A stretch of 64,000 bases of DNA from Mobula hypostoma. Taxonomy: Eukaryota. The notes under the pieces are model-generated. The model was not told the origin of the DNA and searched no databases. It was given only the letters and a program-made list of their open reading frames with translations. The position numbers were made by a program, and so were the translations under genes. The stretch is from assembly GCF_963921235.1 (NCBI RefSeq), contig NC_086097.1:165976001-166040000 (forward strand), written 5' to 3'. Every line of letters begins with the position of its first letter. Within the stretch, counting starts at the first letter, position 1. Shown here piece after piece: positions 39,601 through 51,262 of this stretch.

Positions 39601-40759
39601 GGTCCAGGCTTGATTACTAAAAGTTGGGAAGGTGGCAATAACTTGCAGTAAACAACAGGAGAGGTCAAAGATCAGAGAGGTACACTCAAAACATAATGAA
39701 CATATCCACGAACATCCTGTAAATCTAATGTTGCCACATCTATTTTTGTCATGTAAATTATGCTAATTTAAGTAAATGTAACATATCTGTAATATACAGT
39801 GCTGCTGCTGTAAAAAGCACGTGTTCACGGCACTTGTACTCTAGGTATGAATCAACTTGAACTTGTTCTGCACCCTTTATAAGACGTTGAGATTATTCTT
39901 GTAGTGCAGAGCCTAAATAAGTTAGCAAACTCTGGCTGTTAGTTCATTTGACTTTATAACCAACCTCCACGTTCATGCTGCAAACCTGGCACCTCTGGCC
40001 TCCCACTGGTGAGGCACTGTGGTAATTACACAGAGTGGAGTTCACACAGGCAGCCTCCTTCTGAAACTTAGCCACGCATGTGTGTAATTGCAAACATAAG
40101 AACAAACTCAGAGGGCATAATTTTCGAATTCTCTATGATTACAGTTATGTCCTGTCCATTACTTATTGCCTGATAGGCTCATGGAAGAGTTAAAATAAAT
40201 ATGCTGCAGGAATTTATTTCTGGATCAACATGACAAAAGCAGATTATGTGGCCATAATCACGCTAATATTTGTTTGTGATTGCTGCACACAAGTGGGGGG
40301 GGGGGTACATCATACAGCGATCAAACTTCAAAACAATTATTTGGCTCTATAATGCACTGCGACTTCCTGAGGTCAAGAAAGCTTTTCTTCTTTTGTCTCT
40401 AACTGACTGCTTAGGCCATTGTTCAGTGGTACTGCCCAGGGGGATGCCTTACCATAGACCTTCAACTATGTTTCAGGTGCTATATGTTTTGGACGCAAGA
40501 TATTGGGTGCTGCCCTCATAACCTTCAGCTCGTAGCATAGTCTGAGGTAGCAGGATGTTGTGCTTCAGAGAAAGGCCTTGTAGAGTTTAGGAATTATATG
40601 TCCTGTATGCACATTATATCACTCATGGAAACAGGAACAATATAGTGGGGAAGTCTGAAGTATTGGGACAACCTCATTGTGGTTCTAAGGAAAAGAGAAT
40701 ATTATTGGAGATTAAATCTCTGTAACATGGCTGTTTGAATTGTAACTTAATACAAAGCT

Positions 40760-41315
40760 CAAACACAAGAAATTCTGCAGTTGCTGGAAATCCAGAGCCA
40801 ACACACACAAAATGCTGAAGTAACTCAGCAGGTCAGGCAGCATCTACGGAAATGAACAAAACAGTTGATGTTTCAGGGCTGGAAAGGAAGGGGGAAATGC
40901 TAGAATAGAAAATGTGAGAGGAGGGGAAGGAGGACAGCTAGAAGGTGATAGGTGAAGCCAGGTGGTTGGGAAAGATAAAGAGGTGGAGGAGAAGGAATCT
41001 GATAGGAGAGGAATGTGGACCATAGGAGAAAGGGGAGAAAGGGAAGAAAGAGCGGCAATAGGCAGATGAGGAGAGGTAAGAGACAAATGTGAGGAATAGG
41101 ATAAGAAGGGAGGGGGAGGGAAAATTTTTTTGCCAGAAGGAGAAATGATATTCATGCTATCAGGATGGAGGCCACCCAGATGGAATATAAAGCGTTGCTT
41201 CTCCATCCTGAGGGGGGCACAAGAGGAGGCCATGGACCAACATGTCGGAACAGGAATGGGAATTGGAATTAAAACATTGGGCCATCAGGAAATTCCACTT
41301 CCGGCTGATGCTGCT
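40760..41315 (-). mobile_element. Penelope-like element 3' end (GIY-YIG C-terminus, pyrimidine tract and terminal repeat)
   Basis: RMEKQRFIFHLGGLHPDSMNI is followed by a CT-rich tract and then the same terminal sequence that forms the fold-back repeats. The hammerhead is collapsed by a CCTGA-microhomology deletion. Confidence 0.8.
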
Positions 41316-43289
41316 GGGCTCAAGAAAGATTATTGAATTTAAAAACCTGATCCGAAAAATTCCATTCTCCCCAGTTTCCAGCAGTAATTTGTATGTAGGT
41401 ACCACCCACTCCGTAACCAGACAATTATTAGTAAGGCAATTCATGCATGCTGTTTAGGATGGAATTTAAAACCATTACTTAACAAAGTATTAGAGAAAAG
41501 TGACCAAAGATGTAGATTGATGTGTGGGGCGGGGGGTGGGGGTAGGGTGGTGGAGAGATAGAGAAATTTAGCAGTTGAACAGCTACAAGTTTAGGAAACC
41601 TTAAAATGTACTCTTTATATGTGGAGGACATAAAACTATAAGATCTCACATATCACCTGCCAGTTTGTACTCCCCCTGCACCCTCCTCTTATTCTGGCTT
41701 CTGCCTTCTTCCTTTGGGTCTTGGCCCAAAGCATCAACTGCTGATTTCCCTCCATAGATGCTGCCTGACCTGTTGAGTTCCTTCAGCATTTTGTGCTTGT
41801 TACTCAAGATTTCCAGCATTTGCAGACTCCCTTGTGTCTAAACCATAAGAATGCTTTTCTTTGGTGAGAGGAATTTCAGATTTGTAATCTCTACACTGAC
41901 ACTGTTGACAAAATTAATGTAAATACAAGCAAAAAATGTTGGAATTGGTCTGTAGGTGAGGCAGCAGCTGCGGAGAGAGAAAGAAACAGACCTTTTAGTT
42001 CAATGATTATCTATTTGTTCTGAAAGGGAACCTGTCTAAAACATTAACGTTACACACTGTCCTTTAGTGAATATATTATTCCAATGTAAGCACCTTACTA
42101 TGTAGCAAATCTATGCCACTTTTTCTATATTAAAACTTTAAAAACATTTCAAAAGCACATAAATGGCTGTAAAACATATTGCAATATTTTGGGATTTTGA
42201 AAGGTGCGGTGTAATTTTAGAGTTTTCTGTGGGAAAGTAAGTCGAATAGTTCTATTAAAGGCTAGTTATTAAAGAGATTGCTTATTTACAGAATCAAGGG
42301 AAGGCCACGGCTTGGAAAACAGCCACTTGCCCCAGTAGGTCCATGCCAACTCTATCTATGAGCAATTCAACTAGCCCACTCTTCCAACCTCTGTTCACAA
42401 TGTTTGAAACAGTATTCTTTCAAGTATTTATCCAATTCCCTTTTGCATCTGCCTCTGGAATGGAGAGTTTTAGTTACAAGCAGAGATTGAATAAGCTAGG
42501 GATGTTCTCACTGTAGCACAGGACTTTGAAGGGCAATCTTATATAGCTTCATAAAATGACAAGGAACACAGAACATAGCACTCTTCAGCATAGTCTAGGT
42601 CCTACAGCGACAATGCTGTGCCAACTCCAAGGTCAATCTAACCATTCCCTCTCATATGGCCCTCCATTTTTTTTAGCTAGGGTAGATAGCCACAAGATAG
42701 TCACTGTCTTTTTCCAAGTGTATGGGTGTATAACAGGCATTAACTTAAGGCAAGAACTAAAAGGTTTAAAAGGGAACTAAGGGGCAAGTTTTCACACTGG
42801 GGTTGGTGGGAACATGGAACAAGCTGCCAGAGGAAATGGTAGAGGCAGGTCCAAAGACAGAATTTTAAAAAAAATTACCTATCCAGGTAAATAAACTCTT
42901 TTATCCATGGAATCTTAATAGCAAATCTTTTCTGCGACTCGCTATCCTGAAGGGTGGTGACTAGAACTGGATATTGTACTTCTGATACAGCGGAAACAAT
43001 GTTTTGTAAAGGTTCCTAGCTCGTGTCCATAGCTTCAAGGTGTTTTTTAAAACTTCTTCCTTGAGATACCTGCCTTTTCAAGGACACTGCTAGATCCCGA
43101 TGTTCCTTTCATCTTTATATTTGCTTTGTAATTCCTTGTTATTGGAAATTCAGAGAACTAATAGGAAAATGTGTTGGTTGTCCATCGATTTTGACAATGA
43201 TTTTGTGCATCTCATCTGATGTGTGTTTGGAGGTGACTGTACAGACCAACTCTTCAACAGCATAAGTGTTCACAGTGGGGATGAGGGAG

Positions 43290-44200
43290 CTGTCCTGCTT
43301 CCATAGGCATAGCTGTTCTTGGTGTTTTCCTCTTCTGACACGTGGTCTCCAGGGCCTTGTGATGCTTGTCTGATAAGTTGCTGTGAGCAAGTTTACCCAA
43401 TGCACGACAACCAGTTTTGTTTCATGCCCAATGTTCCAAATACCGGGGAGTAAGCCCACTCTAAGCAATGCTGGCTTCCACACAGTCTTTATACCTCTTA
43501 TGTACGAGGTCTACCACGGTCTCTGCTTCCCTGTGATAACTGGTCATACAGCAGCTGCTTAGGGAGTCTGGAGACCTCCATGCATATAACATGTCCGGTC
43601 CAATGAAGCTGTCCTTTCAGGATCATAGCTTCAATACTGGTCGTCATTGCCCTATCGAGGACTTAGGAGTTTGAGATATGATCATGCCAGCAAATACCAA
43701 TGGTGGACGTAAGGGCGTTCCAGCAGTTTGGGTTTCCTTTTGTAAATGGTCCATGGTTCACAACCTCACAGGAAGCCAGTGAGGACAACAGCCTTGTACA
43801 AGTTGATCGTAGTGGACATCTGGATATTGTGCTGGCTTAGCACACGTGATCGCAGGTGGCCCAGGCTCTGACTAGCCTTGCAAATCCTGGCATTGAGTTC
43901 TTTATCTGAGGAACCATCACTGGAGAAGACAGTGCTGAGGGCTTTAAATTCCTTTACTACCCTCAGTGTTGTGCCTTCAATGGTGATGGAAGGCAATGCA
44001 GCAGTGGCTCCAGGAGCAGGCTGAAATAAGGCCTCTGTTTTGTCTTGGCTGATGGCGAGGTTTCTGTGAACCTGTCAATAACGAGTTGCAGACCGGACTC
44101 TGTGTGGCCTGTAGAGAGCAGTCACTTGCATAGAGTGCTTCGTGTTCAATTCTGCACTCAGGGACCTTGGACGTGGGGTGTGTTTACAGTACAGGTTTGA
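43290..44200 (-). mobile_element. RTE-clade (BovB-like) LINE 3' fragment
   Basis: PSITIEGTTLRVVKEFK...DKELNARICKASQSLGHLRSRV...NLYKAVVL matches RTE ORF C-terminal motifs. Confidence 0.8.
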
Positions 44201-44409
44201 TGGATCATTGTTTGATCTGCGTTCCTAAAAGCCAAATCTAAGCTGGTTAAAAGAATCATCCTCAGAGCGCGCTAAAAGGAAAACATGTGCTTCCTTTAAA
44301 ACACAGTCATTAATCTTTTTATATATTCGGTAGTAAAAATGTACAACTATACAAAATGCTCATAACAAAATATCAGATATCATGCCTCATAGTCAATAAC
44401 ATAGATAGA

Positions 44410-47400
44410 AAGCGGGAAGCTACAATGGCCACGCCTCTGGCACAGAGTCTGTCCCTGTGGCTCAGAAGGGTAGGGAAAGGAAGAAGGCAGCAGTAATAGG
44501 GGACTCTATAGTTAGAGGGTTAGACAAGCGATTCTGTGGATGCAGGAAAGAAATGCAGATGGTAGTTTGCCTCCCAGGTGCCAGGGTCTGGGATGTTTCT
44601 GATCACGTCCACGATATCCTGAAGTCGGAAGGTGAATGGCCAGAGGTCGTGGTACATATTGGTACCAACGATATAGGTAGGAAAAGGGAGGAGGTCCTGA
44701 AAGCAGACTACAGGGAGTTAGGAAGGAAGTTGAGAAGCAGGACCTCAAAGGTAGTAATCTTGGAATTACTGCCTGTGCCACGCGACAGTGAGTACAGGAA
44801 TAGAATGAGGTGGAGGATAAATGCGTGGCTGAGGGATTGGAGCAGGGGGCAGGGATTCAGATTTCTGGATTACTGGGACCTCTTTTCGGGCAGGCGGGAC
44901 CTGTACAATAAGGATGGGTTGCACTTGAATCCCAAGGGGACCAATATCCTGGCAGGGAGGTTTGCTATTGGGGAGAGTTTAAACTAGAATTGCTGGGGCT
45001 GGGAACCAAACTGAAGAGACGGTGGAAGGGGCGGTTGGCTCACATTTAGAAAAAGCTTGGAAACATTGCGAGAGGGAGGATAGACAGGTGAAGGAGAAGG
45101 GATATGCTCAGACCAATGGTTTGAGATGTATCTATTTTAATGCAAGATGCATCATGAACGGAGTGGACAAGCTTTGAGCGTGAATCAGTACTTGGAGCTA
45201 TGATGTTGTGGCCATTACAGAGACTTGGATGGCTCAGGGGCAGGACTGGTTAATTCAAGTGCCAGGCTTTAGATGTTTCAGAAAGGACAGGGAGGGAGGC
45301 AAAAGAAGTGGGTGGTGTGCCATTGTTGATCAGAGATAGTGTCACGGCTGCAGAAAAAGAGGAAGTCATGGAGGGATTGTTTACTGAGACTCTGTGGGTG
45401 GAAGTTAGAAACAGGAAGGGGTCAATAACTCTACTGGGTGTTTTTTATAGACCACCCAATAGTAGCAGGGACATCGAGGAGCAAATAGGGAGACAGATTC
45501 TGGAAAGGTGTGATAAAAACAGGGTTGTTGTGGTGGGAGATTTTAATTTCCCAAATATTAAATGGCATCTCCCTTGAGCAAGTGGTTTAGAAGGGGTGGA
45601 GTTGGTTAGGTGTGTTCAGGAAGGTTTCCTGACACAATATGTAGATAAGCCTACACGAGGAGAGGCTGTACTTGATCTGGTATTGGTAAATGAACCTGGT
45701 CAGGTGTCAGGTCTCTCAGCGGGAGAGCATTTTGGAGATAGTGATCACAATTCTATCTCCTTTCCAATAGCATTGGAGAGGGATAGGAACAGACAAGATG
45801 GGAAAGTGTTTAATTGAAGTAAGGGGAAATATGAAACTATTAGGCAGGAACAGATGTTCTCAGGGAAATGTATGGCATAAAATGTGGCAAATGTTCAGGG
45901 GATATTTGCGTGGCATTTTGCATAGGTAAGTTCCAATGAGACAAGGAAAGGATGGTAGGGTAAAGGAACCGTGGTGTACAAAGGCTGTTGAAAATCTAGT
46001 CAAGAAGAAAAAAAAAGCTTACAAAAGGTTAAAAATCTAGGTAATGATAGAGATCTAGAAGATTATAAGGCTAGCAGGAAGAAGCTTAAGAATGAAATTA
46101 GGAGAGCCAGAAGGGGCCATGAGAAGGCCTTGGCAGACAGGATTAAGGAAGACCCAAGGCATTCTACAAGTGTGTGAAGAGCAAGAGGATAAGACGTGAG
46201 AGAATAGGACCAATCAAGTGTGACAGTGGAAAAGTGTGTATGGAACTGGAGGAGATGGCAGAGGTACTTAATGAATACTTTGCTTCAGTATTCACTATGG
46301 AAAAGGATCCTGGTGATTGTAGGGATGACTTACAGCAGATTAAAAAGCTTGAGTTTATAGACATTAAGGATGTGCAGGAGCTTTTGGAAATGATCAAGTT
46401 GGGTAAGTCACCGGGACCGGACGAGATATACCCCAGGCTACAGTGGGAGGTGAGGGAGGAGATTGTTGAGCCTCTGGCAATGATTGCATCATCAATGGGG
46501 ACAGGGAAAGTTCTGGAGGATTGGAGGGTTGCAGATGTTGTTCCCTTATTCAAGAAAGGCAGTAGAGATAACCCAGGAAATTATAGACCAGTGAGTCTTA
46601 TTTCAGTTGTTGGTAAATTGATGGAAAAGATCCTGAGAGGCAGGATTTATGAACATTTGGAGAGGCATAATAGGATTAGGAATAGTCAGCATGACTTTGT
46701 CAAAGGCAGGTTGTGCCTTATGAGCCTGATTGAATTTTTTGAAGATGTGACTAAACACATTGACGAAGGTAGAGTAGTAAATGTAGTGTATATGGATTTC
46801 AGCAAGGCATTTGATAAGGTACCCCATGCAAGACTTATTGAGAAAGTAAGGAGGCATGGGAACCAAGGGAACATTGGTTTTTAGATCCAGAACTGGCTTG
46901 CCCACAGAAGCCAAAGAGTGGTTGTAGACAGGTCATATTCTGGATGGAGGTCGGTGACCAGTGGTGTGCCTCAGGGACCTGTTCTGGGAACCCTACTCTT
47001 CATGACCTGGATTAGGAAGTGGAGGGATGGGTTAGTAAATTTGCTGATGACACAAAGGTTGGGGGTTTTGTGGATAGTGTGGAGGGCTGTCAGAGGTTAC
47101 AGCGGGACATTGATAGGATGCAAAACTGGGCTGAGAAGTGGCAGATGGAGTTCAACCCAGATAAGTGTGAGGTGGTTCATTTTGGTAGGTCAAATATGAT
47201 GGCAGAATGGTAAGACTCTTGGCAGTGTGGAGGATCAGAGGGATTTTGGGGTCTGAGTCCATAGGACACTCAAAGCTGCTGTGCAGGTTGTCTCTGTGGT
47301 TAAGAAGGCATACGCTACATTTGCCTTCATCAACCATGGGATTAAGTTTAAGAGCCGAGAGGTAACATTACAGTATATAGAACCCTGGTCAGACCCCACT

Positions 47401-47945
47401 TGGAGTACTGTGTTCAATTCTGGCCACCTCACTGCAGGAAGGATGTGGAAACTATAGAAAGGGTGAAGAGGAGATTTATAAGTATGTTGCCTGGATTGGG
47501 GAGCATGCCTTACGAGAATAGATTGAGTGAACCTGGCCTTTTCGCCTTGGAGTGATGGAGGATGAGAGGTGACCTTACAGAGGTGTATAAGGTGATGAGA
47601 GGCATTGATCATGTGGATAGTCAGAAGCTTTTTTCCAGGGCTGAATTGGCTATCATGAAAGGGTACAGTTTTAGGGTGTTTGGAAGTAGGTACAGAGGAG
47701 ATGTCAGGGTGTAAATTTTTTACGCAGAGAGTGGTGAGTGCATGGAATGGGCTGCTGGTGACAGTGGAGGAGGCGGATACGATAGGGTCTTTTAAGAGAC
47801 TCCTGGATAGGTACATGGAGCTAAGAAAAATAGAGGGCTATGTGTAACCCTAGGTAATTTCTAAAGTAAGCACATGCTCGGCACAGCCTTGTGGGCCGAA
47901 GGGCCTGTATTGTGCTAGAGGTTTCCTGTGTTGCTATGTTCCTAA
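44410..47945 (+). mobile_element. Long CR1 LINE: ORF1 SGNH esterase plus disrupted ORF2 (APE + RT)
   Basis: ORF 44457-44987 has VIGDSIVRG, VHIGTND and KDGLHLN. Downstream frames have YRPPN, VGDFN, LDLVL, SDH, KSPGPD, NYRPVSL, DFSKAFDKV and KFADD. Many stops and frameshifts. Confidence 0.93.
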
Positions 47946-47989
47946 GTCCTATGCGGAGAGTATAGTGAGATAGGGAAAAGGCCAAAGAG

Positions 47990-50310
47990 CAGTAACGTGT
48001 GCCATTCAGAACAGGAATAGGATGATAGGACAGATGGAAGAGTGGCCGAGGAAGCAGTGCAAGGGGCAGGATTTCAGGATTCTGGATCATCGGGATCTCC
48101 TCCTGGAATGAGAAGAGATCCTGTACAAAAAGGACGGGTTACACCTGAAAACAAGGGGTCGCATATCCTTGCGGGCAGGTTCGTCAGAGATGTTAGGGAG
48201 AGTTCAAACTAATTTGGCAGGGGGATGATACCCAGAATGATAGTGCTGAGGATAGGGCAGTTGACATACAAGTAGACGCAGTGTGTGGTGAGGCAGTGAG
48301 GAAGGACAGGCTGATGATAGGGCAACATTACAGTCAGTGCGATGAGCTGAAATGTAACATGGGAGCAAAATAGAAAAGAATGACAAATGCAGGACTGAAT
48401 GTGTTATATTTGAATGCACACAGTATTTGGAATAAGGGAGGTGATCTTGTAGCGCAGTTAGAGATTGGTAGGTATGATGTGTGGGCATCACTGAATCATG
48501 GCTGACAGAAGATCATAGTTGGGAGCTTAATGTTCAAGGATACACATTGTATCGAAGGAACAGTTAGGTAGGCAGAGGGGCTGGGGTGGCTCTGTTGGCG
48601 AAAAATGAAATCAAATCCTTAGAAAGAGATAACATAGGGTCAGAAGTTGTAGAATCCCCTTGTGGGTAGAGTTAAGGAGCTGCAAGGGATGAGAGTTATG
48701 TATATACAGGCCTCCGAAGAGTAGCCAGGATGTAGGATCTAAATTAAATAGGAGATAGAAAAGGCATGTGATAAGGGCAATGATATGATAGTCATGTGGC
48801 ATTTCAGTATGCAGGTAGATTGGGAAAATCAGGTTGGTGTTGGATTCCATGAGAGGGAATTTGTAGAATGCCTACAAGATGGCTTTTCAGAGCAGCTTGT
48901 AGTTGATCTCCCCACACCCCCGTCCTCTCCTTTGCCATTCCACATCCCATCCTCTTTTCCCTCTCTCACCTTGTCTCCTTGCTCGCTCATTGCCTCCCTC
49001 TATTGCTGCTCCCCTCTTTTCTTTCTTCTGTCCTCTTCTGCCAGACACTCCCTTCTCCAGCCCTGTATCTCTTTCACCAGTCGGCTTCCCAGCTCTTTAC
49101 TTCATCCTTCCCCCTCTCCCGGTTTCACCTGTCACCTTGTGTTTATCTTTCCCCTCCCCCCACCTTTTCAACCTACTCCTCACCTTTTTTACTCCGGTCC
49201 TGCTGAAGGGTCTTGGCCTGAAACGTTGACTGTGCTTTTTTGCTTAGATGCTGCCTGGCCTGCTGAGTTCCTCCAGCATTTTGTGTGTGTGCTTGGATTT
49301 CCAGCATCGGCAGATTTTCTCTTGTTTGCAGTTGAGCTCACTAGGCGAAAGGCAATTTTGGATTGGATGTTGTGTAATGAAGCAGATTAGATTAAGAATT
49401 AAAGGAAAATAAAAAAGTAAATGCTAGGCCAGCAGGCCATTAACTAAACCTCTCAAACTGAAACCTAACGCTGATACTATGGTTTGGAAGCAGTAACTAA
49501 TACTATATAAATGCTGCTCCTTTAGTCAAAACAGTAGTCTTTCTTCCCGGAATAAGGATAAATGTACATGGAGAACGTTGACATTGATGTGCTTAAGGTT
49601 AAGTTTCAACAAGACTGCAGCGAGAGGGAGGGAGTTAAATACAATCAGAATTAAATTCAAATCAGCTGGAATGTGCAAACTCATGACAGTGATTGTGACC
49701 CCTTTCTGCAGTCAGCCTGCAAGGGCTCTCAGGCCCCATGGCAGAGACCATGATTGTGACGCGTTAGGAGGCTGTGATCATAATATGATAGAATTCACTC
49801 TGCAGTTTCAGGGAGAAGATAAAATCAGATGTATCTGTATTAAAGTGGACTAAAGGGAATTACAGAGGCATGAGAGAGGAGCAGGTCAAAATTGATTGGA
49901 AGTGGGCTCGAGCAGGGATGACAGCAGATCAGCAATGGCTGGAGTTTCTGGGAGCAATTTGGAAGGCACAGGATGGATACATCCCAGTGATGAAGAAGTA
50001 TTCTAAAGGGAGGATGAGGCAACCGTGGCTGACAAGGGAAGTCAAAGATGTGCCAGCATTGGAGAAGGTTCAGAGGAGATTCACGAGAATGATTCTGGGA
50101 ATGAAAAGGTTAAGGTATGAGTGGAGTTTGATGGTTCTGGAACTGTACTTGCTGAAGTTTAGGAGGATCTCATTGAAACCTATTGAATGTTGAAAGGCTT
50201 AGAGTGGATAATGAGAGGATGCTTCCTATAGTAGGTGAGTCTAGAGAACCAGAGGGCACAACCTCAGAATAGAAAGATGTCCCTTTAGAAGAAAGATGAG
50301 GGTGGATTTC
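47990..50310 (+). mobile_element. Second, deleted CR1 LINE with two nested insertions
   Basis: ORF1 end (KDGLHL-like), APE remnants and ALEKVQRRFTRMI. Interrupted at ~48907-49329 by a Penelope 3' repeat and at ~49410-49763 by an unclassified sequence. Confidence 0.8.
48907..49329 (+). mobile_element. Penelope 3'-terminal repeat nested in CR1; hammerhead with core substitution
   Basis: CT-rich tract, then CGGTC-CTGCTGA-AGGGTCTTGGCCT-GAAAC-GTT-GACTG and the family tail. AGTTGA is duplicated at 48901-48906 and 49330-49335. Confidence 0.75.
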
Positions 50311-50919
50311 GTTAGCCAGTGCAGCTGGAGCAACCCAGAGTAGGCCCAAAGCCTTTGTATTCCGTTCATCATATTAACAGGGCAAATCGCCGCAAAGTTT
50401 GCAGTCACAAAGCACAGCAGTCTCACAGCCTTAGCATCATGAAGAAAGGAGCCCCCAGGATCTCTGGGCAGATGTTTATATAGCCTGAACAGTGGATCAT
50501 ATCTCTCAGTAAGACCCAGGCACCGCTGCTGCGAATCACTCCAGGCCTAGATTTCGCTGCTGAAGAAGCTGTTCTTGACCACTCCAAATTGAGTTGGCAC
50601 TTCGAGCAATCCACCTTTGCACCTGGGTTAGTTGGATGGGCATCAGACCTCCTCTGCCTCACCTTCTCCTCTCTGAGTCATTGACTCCAACCAGCATGGC
50701 TCATCTCCAAATGCATTGATTTTGCAGTGCACCAGCAGGGCACATCTTGCAAATTCACTTTGTCTTCACTCACCTCCTCATTGTTTGCGGTGATAGTTTA
50801 CCACAATTTACTTCAATAAAAGTGTTATTAGTAATGTTTTTAGTCAAATTCCTTTCTTTGCGAATGACCAGCTACCTGTAGCACCTCTTCAATATTGCCT
50901 TCTTAAACCAGAAGTTCAT

Positions 50920-51262
50920 CCCAGATGGTGTGGGTTGATTATCACAGAAACTGCTGACGTCCTGGGATTTTCATGCACAACAGTCTCTAGAGTTTACAGA
51001 GAATGGTGCAAAATACACAAAAAAAATCTAGTGAGTGGCAGTTCTGTGGGTGAAAATGCTTTGTTAATGAGAAAGGCCAGAGGACAATGGCCAGACTGGT
51101 TCAAGCTGGCAGGAGGGCGACAGTAACTCAAATAACAACACATTACAGCCCTTGTGTGCAGAAACAGATCTTTGAATGTACAACAAGTTGAACCTTAAAG
51201 TGAATGGTCTACAGCAACAGACTATGAACATACACTCAGTGGCCACTTTATTAGGTACAGGA
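50920..51262 (+). mobile_element. Tc1-like transposon fragment (same family as 26981-27509)
   Basis: ITETADVLGFSCTTVSRVYREWCK and a TIR-like cactcagtggccactttattagg at ~51233. Confidence 0.8.

Noticed and set aside
41525..41552. G-quadruplex-like run ggggcggggggtgggggtagggtgg
   Set aside because: Isolated low-complexity tract between TE fragments with no supporting context.
44457..44987. SGNH hydrolase ORF as a host gene
   Set aside because: It lies directly upstream of APE/RT remnants; an esterase-type ORF1 is a known feature of CR1 LINEs.
48785..49390. 201-aa Pro/Ser/Leu-rich ORF
   Set aside because: Chance read-through from CR1 APE sequence across a pyrimidine-rich Penelope insertion.
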